Shown: one piece after another, positions 25,326 to 40,285 of the stretch
Position numbering within the stretch: position 1 is the first letter of the stretch
Layout: every line of letters begins with the position of its first letter
DNA from: Pseudovirgaria hyperparasitica
Taxonomy: Eukaryota
Direction: 5' to 3' (one strand)
Length of the DNA stretch: 64,000 bases
Assembly: GCA_010093815.1 (NCBI GenBank)
Contig: ML996567.1
Notes under the pieces: model-generated
The model's input: only the letters and a program-made list of their open reading frames with translations
Databases searched by the model: none
What the model was told of the DNA's origin: nothing
Translations under genes and position numbers: made by a program

Positions 25326-26774
25326 CTATACATCCGACCACCCCTCCCCTTTCCACCCGCGTTCAAGCAACCCAAGCGCCTCATCCACCATGCCCTCCAA
25401 ATCAACGTCCCATATCCACTGATACCGCTCATTCAACTCCCTCTCCAGCTCCTCAAAATTATCCCCCACCCCCTCCATCAAAAACTCATTCGCCAGCCCC
25501 GCGCGACGACTCTCCCACACAACCTTCTGCGTACGCGGCCGCCTGACGGCATCATACGCCCGAAACGCATCCTCAATCTGCGACTTATGCTCAATTCGCC
25601 CCAGCAGCCGACTCAGCACAAGCGCGTCTTCAATAGCCATGCCGGCGCCGGCACCTAGGTTCGGCGTGGCGGCATGTGCGGCGTCGCCGAGGATGCAGAT
25701 CCGGTTGCGGTAGTATGGTTCGTTGTGCGGGACGTCGAAGATGCCCCATCTGCTGCTGTCGGGGAAGGCGTGCAGCATTTTCACGAGCCGGGCGTCGAGG
25801 CCCCCTTTATCAACCCCATCATCATCGCCGTCAGTGGTGGTAAAGTCAGCGAGCATCTGTGCCTTCGAGCAGGGCGCCATGTTAGTCTCACTCGTCCACT
25901 CCCCGCGACACACGGCGAACGCATTGACAAGAGCATGGTTCTCGACCGGATACGTGATCATCCCGATATTATACCCACAATACAGCATCCCATTGAGCGC
26001 AAAATCCGCACCGAGAATCGACACCGCCTCCTCCCGCGGCAGGAGCGCACGATAGCCATACTCGCCCGAAAACTGCGCCCTGATCTTCCCCGGGTGCAGG
26101 ATCTCACGGGTCCGACTCTTGATCCCATCGCACCCAACAACCGCATCCGCAGACGCCGTGCTCCCGTCCGCGAACCTGAGAATCATCCTCCCGCCGCCAT
26201 CATCATCATCATCGTCGTCATCACAGCCAGACTCCTCAATACCAACAAGCTGCTTCCCAAACACCGCCGTCCCAGCCGGCAGCAAGCCGACCAGCACCCC
26301 AAGCGCATACCGCCTATGCACACCACACCGCGCCTGCGCTCCCGTCCAACACCCGCCCTGGCCCTCGCGCCGCGCATGCACAATCAACTCGCCCGCCTTG
26401 CGCCCATCCCCGCTCCGCGAATCCTGCGCATACACATACGACAGAAAGGTATCGTAGCGCTCCGGACTGACGTTGCATGTAGCGCCCTTTTTGAAGCCCG
26501 CGAGGATTCGCCCGTCGATGAGGCTGCAGGCGCGCATCGCGTTGGGCCCGAAGGCGATGCCCGCGCCGATTTCGCCGAATGCGGGCGCGGCTTCGTAGAT
26601 TTTGGTGTCGGCGTGGCCGTGGTTTTGGAGGCCGATTGCGAGGGCTAGGCCGGCTATGCCGCCGCCGATTATGGCGATGGAGAGGGGTTTCTTGGGGGGT
26701 GGTGGTGGTGGGGGTTGGGGGTGTGCGTTTGTTGTTGTTGTTGTTGTTGTCGCTGCTGGGGTTATGTCGCCCAT
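25326..26774 (-). CDS. FAD-dependent monooxygenase (salicylate hydroxylase-like), intronless
   Basis: IAIIGGGIAG (Rossmann fold), EIGAGIAFGPNA, VVGCDGIKS (DG motif) and ILGDAAHAATPNLGAGAGMAIEDA (GD motif). Most likely start is ATG 26774 (MGDITP). Confidence 0.92.
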   Translation of the reverse strand: MGDITPAATTTTTTTNAHPQPPPPPPPKKPLSIAIIGGGIAGLALAIGLQNHGHADTKIYEAAPAFGEIGAGIAFGPNAMRACSLIDGRILAGFKKGATCNVSPERYDTFLSYVYAQDSRSGDGRKAGELIVHARREGQGGCWTGAQARCGVHRRYALGVLVGLLPAGTAVFGKQLVGIEESGCDDDDDDDDGGGRMILRFADGSTASADAVVGCDGIKSRTREILHPGKIRAQFSGEYGYRALLPREEAVSILGADFALNGMLYCGYNIGMITYPVENHALVNAFAVCRGEWTSETNMAPCSKAQMLADFTTTDGDDDGVDKGGLDARLVKMLHAFPDSSRWGIFDVPHNEPYYRNRICILGDAAHAATPNLGAGAGMAIEDALVLSRLLGRIEHKSQIEDAFRAYDAVRRPRTQKVVWESRRAGLANEFLMEGVGDNFEELERELNERYQWIWDVDLEGMVDEALGLLERGWKGEGWSDV

Positions 26775-27010
26775 TGCGGCTGGGTGTGGGGAGCCGGAGG
26801 CTGGCTGGGCGGGAAAGGAAAGGGGGAGGGTTTGTCTTGTGTGACTTGAGGGTTTGAGACGCGTGGACTGTCGAGCACGGAGAAGCGAAGCGAAGCGAAG
26901 ATGGACCGCACGGTGGAAGAAGGAATGAGTGAATGAGAACGGACAGACAGGACGAAAGGCCCAAACATATATAATATGCAAGCCTCCCCTCTGTTGCTCG
27001 AGTAATAATC

Positions 27011-27038
27011 CCATCCATCCATCCATCCATCCATCCAT
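27011..27038. repeat. (CCAT)7 microsatellite
   Basis: Read directly from the sequence. Confidence 0.9.
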
Positions 27039-28348
27039 CCCCTCAATCCCCGCCCGGTATGTCTATATTGACAAAAGTCCGGTCTTGGCGATATTGCATC
27101 GTGGAACGCGTCGTGGTGCGTTTGTGCCATTTGTACTTCGTTGCCGGGACGTGCTCATGCACGACATACATACACTCACTCACTTTGCCACAGCCTAAAC
27201 AACCGACGACCTTCATGAGGACCATCAAGACCATCAAGACAGATATGGAAGACCTTGAGGCCGGCATGCATGCACGCACGCCATCTCTCCCGCGAGCAGG
27301 ACAAAAGGCAGCACACTCAATCCACAAGCAAAAAGCACAAAGAAAAGACACAATGTCAGAAGCAGTAAGAAGCAGCGAGACGTAAAAGACGTAAAACAGG
27401 AAGAAGAAAAAAACAAGCAGAACAGATAGACACCGAAACACGAGAACGAACTGAACTGAACCAAACTTGGACCCCAAGAGTCTCATTTCATCTAAACAGC
27501 TGCTCCGTATATGCTGTAATTAATAGTAGATGAGATGTATGCACTCTAGCCTAGCCTAGCTACACTACACTACTGTCTCAGGCACACAGTACTTCTGCCT
27601 CAGGCACACACACGCACACACACCACTAACCCAACCCAAATACCCCAACCCCACCTTCCAACACCCACAATGAAAGACATGCATGTGAAAAACCCGCACC
27701 CGCACCCCGTGACCCCCGATATGATCCGCCAGCCATGTGACAGAACCAACGCTAATTATGGGGTTGTATCACATGCTACAGTACTTACTTACTGCCAAGA
27801 GGACCTTACAAACACTCCCCCCTGGCGACGAACAGGGTTAGTTAACATGCGTGCACGGATGGGGTTTCGTATGGTGAATGTGGGGAGAATGGTGTATGGG
27901 TTGTGGGTTGTGATTGTGGTTCCAGGTTCAAGCCCAGGCTCAGGTTCAGGAGAACATGAAACAATAGCACGAGTGGTGGATCTGCACTGATCTACCGACC
28001 CACTTGGTTGTATTGTATGGTCGATAATTAATCACAGGCAGGTTCTACACACACAGAGAGAGAGGGAGAGAGTTATGAAGGGATTATATATATCCACGCA
28101 ACAACAACGCATACTTCTTTGTCGCGCGTGTGAAAACGGAGATAACAAGAGGTATCGTATCGTATCGTATCTCCAATCAAAACAAGAAAGCCCGTGACAT
28201 GGACCTTCTCCCCCAATATATTCGGAATTTGCACATTTGAGCCCCTCCCTCCTCCTCCTCCTCCTCAACCCCGCTCCTACCAACGACCATGTAGTTTATG
28301 TATTAGGTTTGTTCGTATATATTTATATATGTTGCTCCCCCCTAAAAT

Positions 28349-30526
<2,178 letters not shown>

Positions 30527-30649
30527 AGAAAGGAAACACACAAACAAAAAGTCTATGTCTGACGTGGACGCGCGAAGATTGAAGCTGGCCGGGCTGACGC
30601 GGAAGAGCGGACGAGAAAGAGAGGCGAGACGAGGACGAGGACGAAGGGA

Positions 30650-30650
<1 letters not shown>

Positions 30651-30718
<68 letters not shown>
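30651..30718. repeat. (TGCT)17 microsatellite
   Basis: Read directly from the sequence, ~125 bp upstream of the first in-frame ATG of the CSR1-like gene. Confidence 0.95.
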
Positions 30719-31591
30719 CGAGGTCAATCAACAAATTGCAGGACGAAAAGTCAAAAGTTAATTGGGGGTTGGGCTTGGGGTTCTACAAGGGCGGCGTGGT
30801 GGGTTTACTACTGGTTTAGTGGCTACCAGACGCCGGCACAGGAGCTAAAGCGGATGAGAGTGAATAGTGCGCAAGAAGTTGTACTGTATCTAAGAATAAA
30901 AATGCCGAAGCAGTAAAAAGACACGATGAATTAATTATAGCATCACGAAATGAATGGAGCGAGGTTGAAGGGATAGTGGGATACGTAATTAAGGTACAGA
31001 CGGCCCTGCCAAGATGCATGTGTCTGCATCATGACGCCTCGATATGGGGCTTTGCAGTAATTACAGTATGTAGGTACGTACCGGATGAGAGGACGCGAGT
31101 ACGATGTGGGATCTGCGTATCTGGAACATGATGTTAGGCACGGTGCATGGTATGATAGGATACACTACACGCGATCCACAGTACACGATGAAAATCCACA
31201 GTGCACATCGGGATACGCGATCAGGAGGAGTTCAGCAGCAAGCAGCCAGGATGACTAATTAAGTTGGGAATTGCAGCAGCACCACCACCACCGCCGCCGA
31301 CCGCGTGGCAGAAGCCCCCGATTTGCGCCCCAAGACCCGCCAGACCCGCCCGAGTGCTGGCCCAGTGTCGCCCCAGTGTCGCCCCAGTGCCGCCCAAAGT
31401 TCCGCCCAACTGCCAGCTTGCCCCCCGGTTTCCGCCCGTGTGCAGCGCGGGACTCGCCAAGCCTCGCGATATTTTGCCTCGTCCAGTGTTTACTCTCACT
31501 CGCACTCTCTCACACACACACACTCACTCACTCTCTCACACACTCGCACACACACGACAATCCCACCACCACCACAACCACAACCACAATC

Positions 31592-32327
31592 ATGTCCACC
31601 ACTCCCACCTCACACACCCACACCCACACCCACCGCCGCCGACCCTCCTCCCAGACCCGCCGTCCACTCTCCCGCCCAACAACGCCCCTCCGCCCACCCT
31701 CCCGCTCCTCCCTACGCGCCAGCACATCCACATCCACCGCCGCCACCAGCACCCTCCCCCTCGAGCATCTCGACTCCCAATTCGCCGAGCTGAGCGACGG
31801 CATGGCCGACCTCGAGGCAAACTTCATCTACCTCGGCCTCATGCACGAGAGCCTGGCGCGCTTCAGCGAGAGCTTTGCCGCCTTTCTGTACGGCCTGAAC
31901 ATGAATGCCTTTTGTGTTGATTTTCCGGAGGTATGCTACTTTTCATTGCTTCGTGTATCCATGCGTGTGGTATGGAAAGCTGATGTGTAATTCCCAGGCG
32001 CCCATCCCGCCTTCATTCACCCGGCCCGCTGCTACTGCCACTGCGCGGCCGCAGTCGCTGCTCTCGCACCTGCCTTCGCGCGGCCCAGCGCCCTCTGATC
32101 CCGATCCTGAAGCGACCTTTCTGACTACTGATACCTCCTTTGTTGAGAATCCGCCGTCCAGTCGCACCGGCAATAAATTTCAGACACCGACGCCGGCGAG
32201 CAGGATTGGCCGTGGCGGTGGAGGCGGCATTCCGCGTGCTGGTGGACGAGGACGCGGGAGTGGCATTCCGGCGAGGGGATCGATGGTGGGGAGAGGGAGG
32301 GCGAGGGGACGGGGACGGGGGGCTTGA
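31592..32327 (+). CDS. DAM1: DASH/Dam1 kinetochore complex subunit Dam1, 2 exons
   Basis: RPTTPLRP, FAELSDGMADLEANF...MHESLARFSESFAAFLYGLNMNAFCVDFPE|AP and ETFLT-type motif. Intron 31931-31997. Confidence 0.92.
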
Positions 32328-32734
32328 GAGGGATCATGGGCTTGGTTGAGACGACGTGTAACGGTCGTCTCATCACACAACAACCGACTATGAGGCACGC
32401 CAGAGCGACCAAGAACCATCATCCTTATCATCATCTACACATAAAGCTCGTCTGCCCGCATTACGTCCAGTCTCCCTCGCAGAAACCCTCCATATATTCA
32501 TAACCGGACATCTTCAACCCTCCAAAATTGCAATCATCTACAAGCCACCTCGTCGAAAAAGCACGCGTTCTATTCGCGGCAGTGGTATCATAAAAAATCA
32601 ACTCATGTCATGCAAAACGCTGCGCTCCAACACCGCCATGCATGCTAAAAGGAGCGTCGCAAACGGAAAACAAACAAAGAAGAACGCTAAAATGCAGAAT
32701 AAAACCCCAAATCACAACACCCAGCAAGCTCCCC

Positions 32735-34834
32735 TCACGCAGGCATGCCCACCTCCCGCGTCAGGAACGCCACCTGCCGCGGATGCTCCCGACGCGTAGC
32801 CCAGCCCTTGATCGCACAGAGCACCGTAGCCCAGGACAGCACGAGACATGTAAGGCCAACGGTAACAGTAAAGGTAAACATGGCGTCCAGGCCGTACTGC
32901 TCCATGCACGCGACCGTGTCCTTGTTGCTGAGGATGAAGGTGATGCCGCCGGCCGTCAGGCAGAAGGCGCTGATGAGCTCGCTCGGCGGCCGGCTCGGCA
33001 GATAGGACGTCGGCGGCGCGAGATAGACGAGCATGTAGGTGACGGCGCGGGCGAGCGCGAATCCGACAAACATTGTGCCCCATTGCTTGTGCACCATTGT
33101 CGAGAGCATCGAGTCTTGGTGGTGCGACGACATCATGACGCCTAGCAGCAGGATGATTAGGGCCGGGATGGGGTTCAGGGAGACTTTGTAGGTTTTGGGA
33201 GGCGTGAAGGCTGTTGTTGCTGTATCGCTGGACGTGTGCTTGTTTGTCTGGAGAATGTACGCATTCAGCAATCCACGGATGCGCGTTGATTCGACGAGCA
33301 TTCCGAGCTAGAGCAGTGTTAGCTTAGAATAAAAAGGAACCCTTGTGCCGGAGTGAATCCGAGAGACACAAAAAAAATCCCTCGGACTTCCCACAAAGAA
33401 ACGACTTACCAAGCCCCCTCCGAAGAACATGACGGAAATGGAAACGTGCTCCAGGTCCTGCGGCGTCCACGCATCGCCCCACGCCGCCAGATGCTCGAGA
33501 AAGACATTCGTGGACCCGTAGAGGAAGATGACAAACGACTCGGTGAACTCGGCCGTCGGCAGCGCAGCGCATCGACGCCCGACCAATTCGCCCGGCGGCG
33601 GCTTGACGTTCCAAGCCCACCCGGCGTCGGCAAAGCTGCCGAGCCAGCGGCCGAGCGTCAGCACGCCGTACCAGAAGAAGATGCCGCCCTTGATGAAGTG
33701 TGCGAGCACGTTGAACACGGCGCCGCCGCGCTGGGAGGTGGTTTGTCAGTCATGCATTTGCTACACACCCATTTTCATCAGTCACTTACAGCGATGCCAC
33801 CGAGCACAATGGCGCCGGTGGAAATGGCCACGAAGCCGAGAATGGGGATCGTGCGCTCCACAGCAATATACAGGAAGTTGACTACCTGCAGCGTACGCCG
33901 GCACGACACGAACCCGGCCAGCTTGCCCGTCAGGAACCGATCCACGGCCGCATTCCGCAGGAACCCCTTCTTCTCCGCATCACCGTCGAACTCGTCTTCG
34001 TCGTCATCCTCATCATGACCATGATCATAGCGCTGCCCCGGCACCTCAAAGCGCCGCGTCTCAGACAAATCACTCGGCGAGCGCGAATGACCAAACAACG
34101 ACTCCGAACCCCGCTCCGTGCCCTGCCCCGAATCGCGCGACCACCGCGCCTCGCCGCCGGGAGAGGGTGAGGGTGAGGCAGAATGCAAAGTCGGAGCCTG
34201 CTGCACACGCGTATACTGCGCCAGCGCAGCAACAGACACAGGATGCGTCGCCGCGCCAACACCCTGCTGCTCCGCCCTCGCCGCCCGCGCGCCATACCTC
34301 CTCACCAAGCCCAGCACCACCCACGCGCTCACAATCCAGCTCAGCACCCAGCCCAGCCTGCCGTGCGAGTTGTGCGCGTACAGCTCCGGCGTGCGCCGCG
34401 CGTATACCGCGCCGAGAACCAGACCGAGCGCGTTCGAAGCTAGGAAAAGAGTCTGCGCGGGGAGCGTGAGGCGTGATTTTGCGATGCTGAGCATTACGGC
34501 TGCGCGGTCTTGTCAGTTTACATATGCACATATGCGTGTTGTTTGGGGTGCGATACTCACCGAGCGGAGCGACGACGATCCATGCGCCTACCATGCTGAA
34601 AATGTGCGCGTACATCAGGCTTGTATGCGAGGTCAGACTCCAGTAGCTTGAGGGCATGTCTGGCGGCGGAGCAGGTGGGTGCGCGGTCACGGACGGTTGA
34701 TCCATGCCGTTCATGCCGTTTGTGTCTGTGTCATCGTGGCCGGACCCGGAGCCGTGAGCGGCTACTAGAGCGGGGAGGTGGCTCAGTAGTACCGCGGCGG
34801 TCGTTGCGATGGCTAGGGAGCGCGCGCGGTGCAT
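32735..34834 (-). CDS. Ytp1/DUF2427-family integral membrane protein, 4 exons
   Basis: Signal peptide ending AAHG, MYAHIFSM, PELYAHNSHGRLGW, NVLAHFIKGGIFFWYG, TNVFLEHL, DLEHVSISVMFFGG, MSSHHQDSMLSTMVHKQWG. Confidence 0.85.
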
Positions 34835-35266
34835 GTATGTTGCGTATACTGGGGAGGAACGACGGGTGGGGGATATGTTGGTGTCGGCGGAGGAGGTGGG
34901 TTGTATGGATAGGATTTTGGAGTGGTTTTGTCGGGTGTAATATCTATCTATGTCTTTTAGGCTTATGGTGAGTGATGGGTTGGAGGAGAGTGGGACATTA
35001 AGAGGAGGAATCGCAGGATAGTAACGACAGAGTGCTGCTGCCGGGTATGAGAGAGGGGTGTGTTAGGATGGGAGGGTGAGAGAGGGTGAGAAGGGGGTGG
35101 TGTCGGCGCCCAGATGTTTTAATATAATTACAGAGCAAGCAAACGATCGAAGCTACCTACCTACTACGGGTTTAGACGGACATATGTCAGCGATGGGAAC
35201 AGATACCAAACGGGACCACCTCAGCCAGCCTGCCGCTCCGTTGCCGTTGGATGCAAAGCCCGAGTT

Positions 35267-35348
35267 TGCTTGCTTGCTTGCTTGCTTGCTTGCTATGAAG
35301 CTACCACTACCACTAATTACGGCTTGTGTGTGTGTGTGTGTGTGTGTG
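35267..35348. repeat. (TGCT)7 and (TG)12 microsatellites
   Basis: Read directly: 35267-35294 and 35325-35348. Confidence 0.9.
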
Positions 35349-35906
35349 TAATACAAACACACCACACGTGGAGCTATGGCCACCACCACCATCACCCCAG
35401 CAAGCTACTAACTCCGGCCCTTCAAACGACACGACGCGACCGACGGGACCACTCAAGTGCGAGTCGACCGCCAGCAGCCAATGTCAACGTCAACGTCAAC
35501 AACCCACCTACCTAGTAATGTCTGTCTAAAGCCGGGTATGACGTCTATTGTTGCCAAGGGGGGGTGGTAGGTGGTGTTGGGTGGGTGGTTTAGACAGCTT
35601 TCTCCTAGTCCGTCCCTCTCTCTGTCTTCGCTGCTGAGTGCTTGCTCCATTAGCGCTTCCGAACCATCCGTACGCTGTTGGGCTAGTAATTACGGTAATG
35701 CTCCCCCCAACAACCTCCTCCCCCGGTCTAATTAATGCCTTTTTTGAGGTGCTGGCTGGCTTCACAATTTACTGACTGACGGCCTGCATCACGTTCACAT
35801 CTACCAGCTGGGTTCGTGCCTGCGAGCACCACGCCTGTCGCCGCGATGATCCCGGGCAGGTATGCTGAATATGTACATGTCAACGTTGCGGCTATTGCAT
35901 ACATGC

Positions 35907-35979
35907 ATGACTGGATGACTGGATGACTGGACGACTGGATGACTGGATGACTGGACGACTGGATGACTGGATTCCAGTC
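35907..35979. repeat. 8-bp tandem repeat AYGACTGG x8 ending in an inverted copy
   Basis: Units ATGACTGG/ACGACTGG at 35907-35970, followed by ATTCCAGTC. Confidence 0.9.
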
Positions 35980-38900
35980 GAGTCGAGTCTGACCGCCTTT
36001 GTCGCGCATTAGGTTTGTCCTGACCAACAGACGCGAACGTGACGAGTGGCGCAACAGCGGTCTCGCAGGTACAGTAGTCAGCACTTCTAAAGCACTGGCA
36101 TTCAATCCGTGAGACGCGATCAACGATCAACCTGCGATCGCGCACCCGGTTAACTTGATCCTGATCCGTATGATCCACCCTGATCGGTCGGTGGGTGGTG
36201 TGCTGTGCACGTTGGTTCCCTCGCCGGTGCCCCACCACCGACATGAATGATTTGCTCGATTGCTCGATTGTTGTTGATGACACCGAGTGAGTCAAGTCAA
36301 GTCATCGTTGGCGTTTGGCCTTGGAACGAAGCGCAGGAAAGTGTACATGGCGCCAAAAGCGCCACCGTCCGTCCTAAAAACCTTTGTGACTCTATCGTTG
36401 GCATGAACTTGGACATGCCATGGATCGCAACCGTTGTCGCTAACCCGGGACGCGGGAGAGCAGCAGCGCCAGACTCGTCTCGCTGTCTACTACCAGGTGC
36501 GGTGCTTGTTGCAGATCATATCTGCTGCTGGTTTCCTTGGAAGGGGAGGGGAGGGGAGGGGGCTTGGTAATCGTACACATGACTGCTTAGGTACAGTCTG
36601 ACTGCTTCGGACTCTCAGAGTTGCCAGTTCCGAAGCTAGGATTGCCTACCTAGGCTTGCTTGCTGACTGATGACTGCACCATGCTCTCCACAGTGCACAC
36701 ACTCCCCGCACTGCATGCTATACATATGATATGGCAAACTGGCAACTGGCAGCTCCGACAATTAGCAGCGAGAGCGCGAACGTCAAGGAGAGAGTCGCGA
36801 CAACACTGACTTTGTGAGCTGGAGAACAGCAGTCACTACAAAAGCTTCTTCTGGAGCGGGAACGGCGCCGGCTCGCCGTTTCTCGGACGAAAATGCCCAT
36901 CCATGCTTACGCTTACAGACGTCCGTCAGTACGTCCGTCCGATCCGAGTACGTACATCTGACTAGTCGTCTATTCTATACTCTCTTCATTTCTCCACTGT
37001 CCAGTGTCCACACCACGCCCTCATGATTCATGCTTCATGCTTCATTCATTCACATCGTGCAGCTAATAACGTCAGAACATGACCACGTTTCCTACCTAGC
37101 GACTAGCGAGTAGCGAGTGCGAGTACGACGACTAGGAGCTCCGTCTCTCTGCGTGTTTCGATCTTGGCTGGCTGGCTGGCTGACTGGCTGGCTACTTGAT
37201 TACTACGTGTATGTACTAATTAATACTACTACAGAATAGCATCGGATAACAACCTAATCCATCCATGGATCCATAACCTAACCCACAAGTCCGTCCGTGC
37301 AGACAGGCAACTCCAGCCGACCACTCCCTTGTCTTTGTCATCATCACCATCGGCGTAGTCATCAACAACAATAGCCGAATTCCCAATCCATTCCAATCCA
37401 AGCAAGCAACCCACACGGCGCTACGCGTAAATACGGGCGTGCAGCGGGTAAACTTACGCGCCGGGAATGAAATAATTAATTAGGCTCTGTATAGTCAGTT
37501 TGTGGGCTGTTGGTGGTGTCATTGTCGTTGTCGTTGTCGGAGCTGTATCCACTCGTCGCTTTTGACGCCACACGTGGATATGTGCGTGATCGACCAGCTG
37601 TCTGTATGTATGTATGTGTGATGTATACTAAATTGCGCTGGGCTGGAGTGGAGCGGAGTGGTGTGGACTGGCAATCAAATAATACGCGGCTTCCCAGCCT
37701 CGGCATATGTTGTTGCCATTCCATCGGATACTAAGACAGTAATGTCGATGAGAGAAAAGAGAAAAGAAAAAACTATTCTATCTCATTCTGTTCGCTTCAT
37801 CTTTGGATCTCGATATGGATCCGGCCACCGCTGAATCGCGTAGACGATGCTTGCATGCTTGTCCGATCTACGAAAAGAAAAGTCCTAAACGCGGCATGTT
37901 CCGATGGACGGGTAGTACTATGCAGGGTGTTTTTGGTTATTGGCTGCTTACTACCTCTCTCATATCGCCTTCGTAGATATATATTTATATCTTTTTCTGA
38001 ACTGTTGTTGTTCCTTCTATGATGTGTATTGCATGCAGTGTTGGAGGTCTGAATTTACGAATACAGCGCTTGTATTAATTTGTCCTGATACGTACACAAC
38101 GCTATGCCATTCATTCGTTCATGGTCACTATTTATTACTACCTGGTTTTTATTCTATCCGTTCATCTATACGTCACCCGAGCAGGCCCATTCACTCGCCC
38201 ACGACCTGCATGCCTATGGTAATGATCTACGTAGGCATGAGCAACGACAATGGCAAATACAACACGTGCAGCACGCATCCCATACATCCCTAGCTATCGT
38301 CGCATCTCCTCTATGTTATCAGATCCCTGGCATCTTCGCACAGCGTACATGACTGGCTCTGGTATCTAGACGTACGATATGATGACTCCGAGCTTTGCTG
38401 ATTCTCTAGAGAGGAAAAAGGGGGGGCGGGGGCATAGCAGCGCAGATATGCTGCGAATCGTGCGTGCTAGTAGACAGGAATCAGCGAAGAGTGTGGTCCG
38501 TAGATAGATAGATGATTAGAGAGACGAACCCAGGAATGAGGCAAGCAGTAGGCATGGTGCTAAGTGTCCCTCCCTACCTATGTATATCTCTTCCGACTCT
38601 CACACGAGTAACCACCTCTTTCCTGCGGTTCCCATAGACTAGGTATATACACAGCGTACGTGTATCGTCGCAATTTCTCTTTCCCTTTTTCTGTTTTCAC
38701 AGAAAGGAAAAAAAAAAGGGGTCGACGGAAGTTCCACGGTACATACTGTCTCTTCCTAACATCGTGGCATTCAGCAGCCAGCCTATGGAGAAACTGTATA
38801 ACACAAAGTCTCTCTGGTATGGCAGACGCGTACAATAGTCCAGCTAGCTGTCTGTCTACATACGGAAAACTTTATGACTCATACCGGTGCACATTTCTAG

Positions 38901-40285
38901 CATCAGATTAGCGAGTGAGCCGTGGCTTTCCCAGAGCTGATGCGGTCGATTGAGGAGAAAGCTATATTCTAGCCCAGTGCATGTACTTTGCTGAGATGTG
39001 GAGATATGTGTCTGTTGAGCGTTAGGTGCTTTTGGAGTCTAGTCTGTCGTGGAAATGTCATGCTCAAGGTTACAAGTGTTTGGATCTGCAGACTAGATAC
39101 ACACGTATCCTGCAACGTAGTCAGTTCGTTCTGGCGAGTGGTATAAGTTATCATCGTCACAGCATATATTGATATCGTATACTTGCCAGCTGACTGGGAC
39201 TTGACCGGTGCTCCTTTAACACACTAGGCTTCTGGATGTTGTTTTGCAGACGTTGGCGAGCCCCTTTTAATCTTAAAATCATCATTCATGAATAGCAACG
39301 TGTACGGCAGCAATGCAGCTGATACGACCGTTATGTCTCCCACGATTAAGCACACGCCCTCATACTTGCGATTGCACATGCCATGATTCAAAAGATCACT
39401 AAGCTTGACTGCATAATACTCACGGCCCAATACCAGTATATGCAGCTGCAGCATCAAACCAAGTTGCATGTCTAAATATCCAAATATCCGCTATAAGCAC
39501 GTCTGTAACAAGCGAGCTGTCCGACACACCGAAGAGAACGGACCCTGCATGATACTCACCTTCTGTTCCACACATGCTACTGATGGACACCGACGCACGA
39601 GAACGGAGGTGCTGCTGTCTTGGTATCAACCACAACCAGATAAATCGACTTGAGACTGCAAAGATGACGTACGCCGTTGGTTTGTCGTGTGGTGGCATGC
39701 CGGGGAGGTCTATCAAATCTCACCACGGCTTTCTCATTGATGGACAGTGGTAAGTCATCAGTGATAATACAGGCGGCTGACTGCGCAGAAGGGCGTGGAT
39801 TGCTTTGCTTGTAGTCGGTTCTCATGTCGCGTGCTGGGGTTGATGGGTGTAAACAATACAGGCAGGGGGAAGCAGGATAAGGTTCCTTGCTGCCTTAGAG
39901 CCTGAGGCCATAATTTGTGATGTAACCACTTTCATTGGTCGCTCGCGGACTCAGTATCTAGGTACAGTGGACCGGACCCTTTCCCCTCGAGCCAGTAGCC
40001 CCACCTGCCACCACTACTAGCGAGGGGCATTTTGTCACAGGTCACAACAGACACTGCTCTCTACCACCCTTCCCCTCTTCACATTCCTGTCTTCGAACTT
40101 GGCATTGCCCTTCTTGAGCTTCGTAAATTAACGGTATCCTTGACTGATACGCTAGAAAGACATCGTGCAGAGCACCCTACTGTCCGCACACCTTCTGATA
40201 CCAGATACCCTGCTCACTTGGTCGTACATCATCACACCCTGATACCTCACAACATCCTAGACGTACAATCTACAACGAAACCAGA

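Noticed and set aside
548..26774. 2OG oxygenase plus FAD monooxygenase as a secondary-metabolite cluster
   Set aside because: They are ~24 kb apart and separated by housekeeping genes. No PKS/NRPS/terpene synthase, transporter or cluster regulator is in the window, although a cluster to the left of position 1 cannot be excluded.
30527..30727. SKQASKQA... N-terminus of the CSR1-like ORF in the ORF track
   Set aside because: It is simply the translation of the (TGCT)17 microsatellite from a non-ATG start.
35907..35979. Tandem repeat as a CRISPR-like array
   Set aside because: The 8-bp units have no spacers, the context is eukaryotic, and there are no cas genes.
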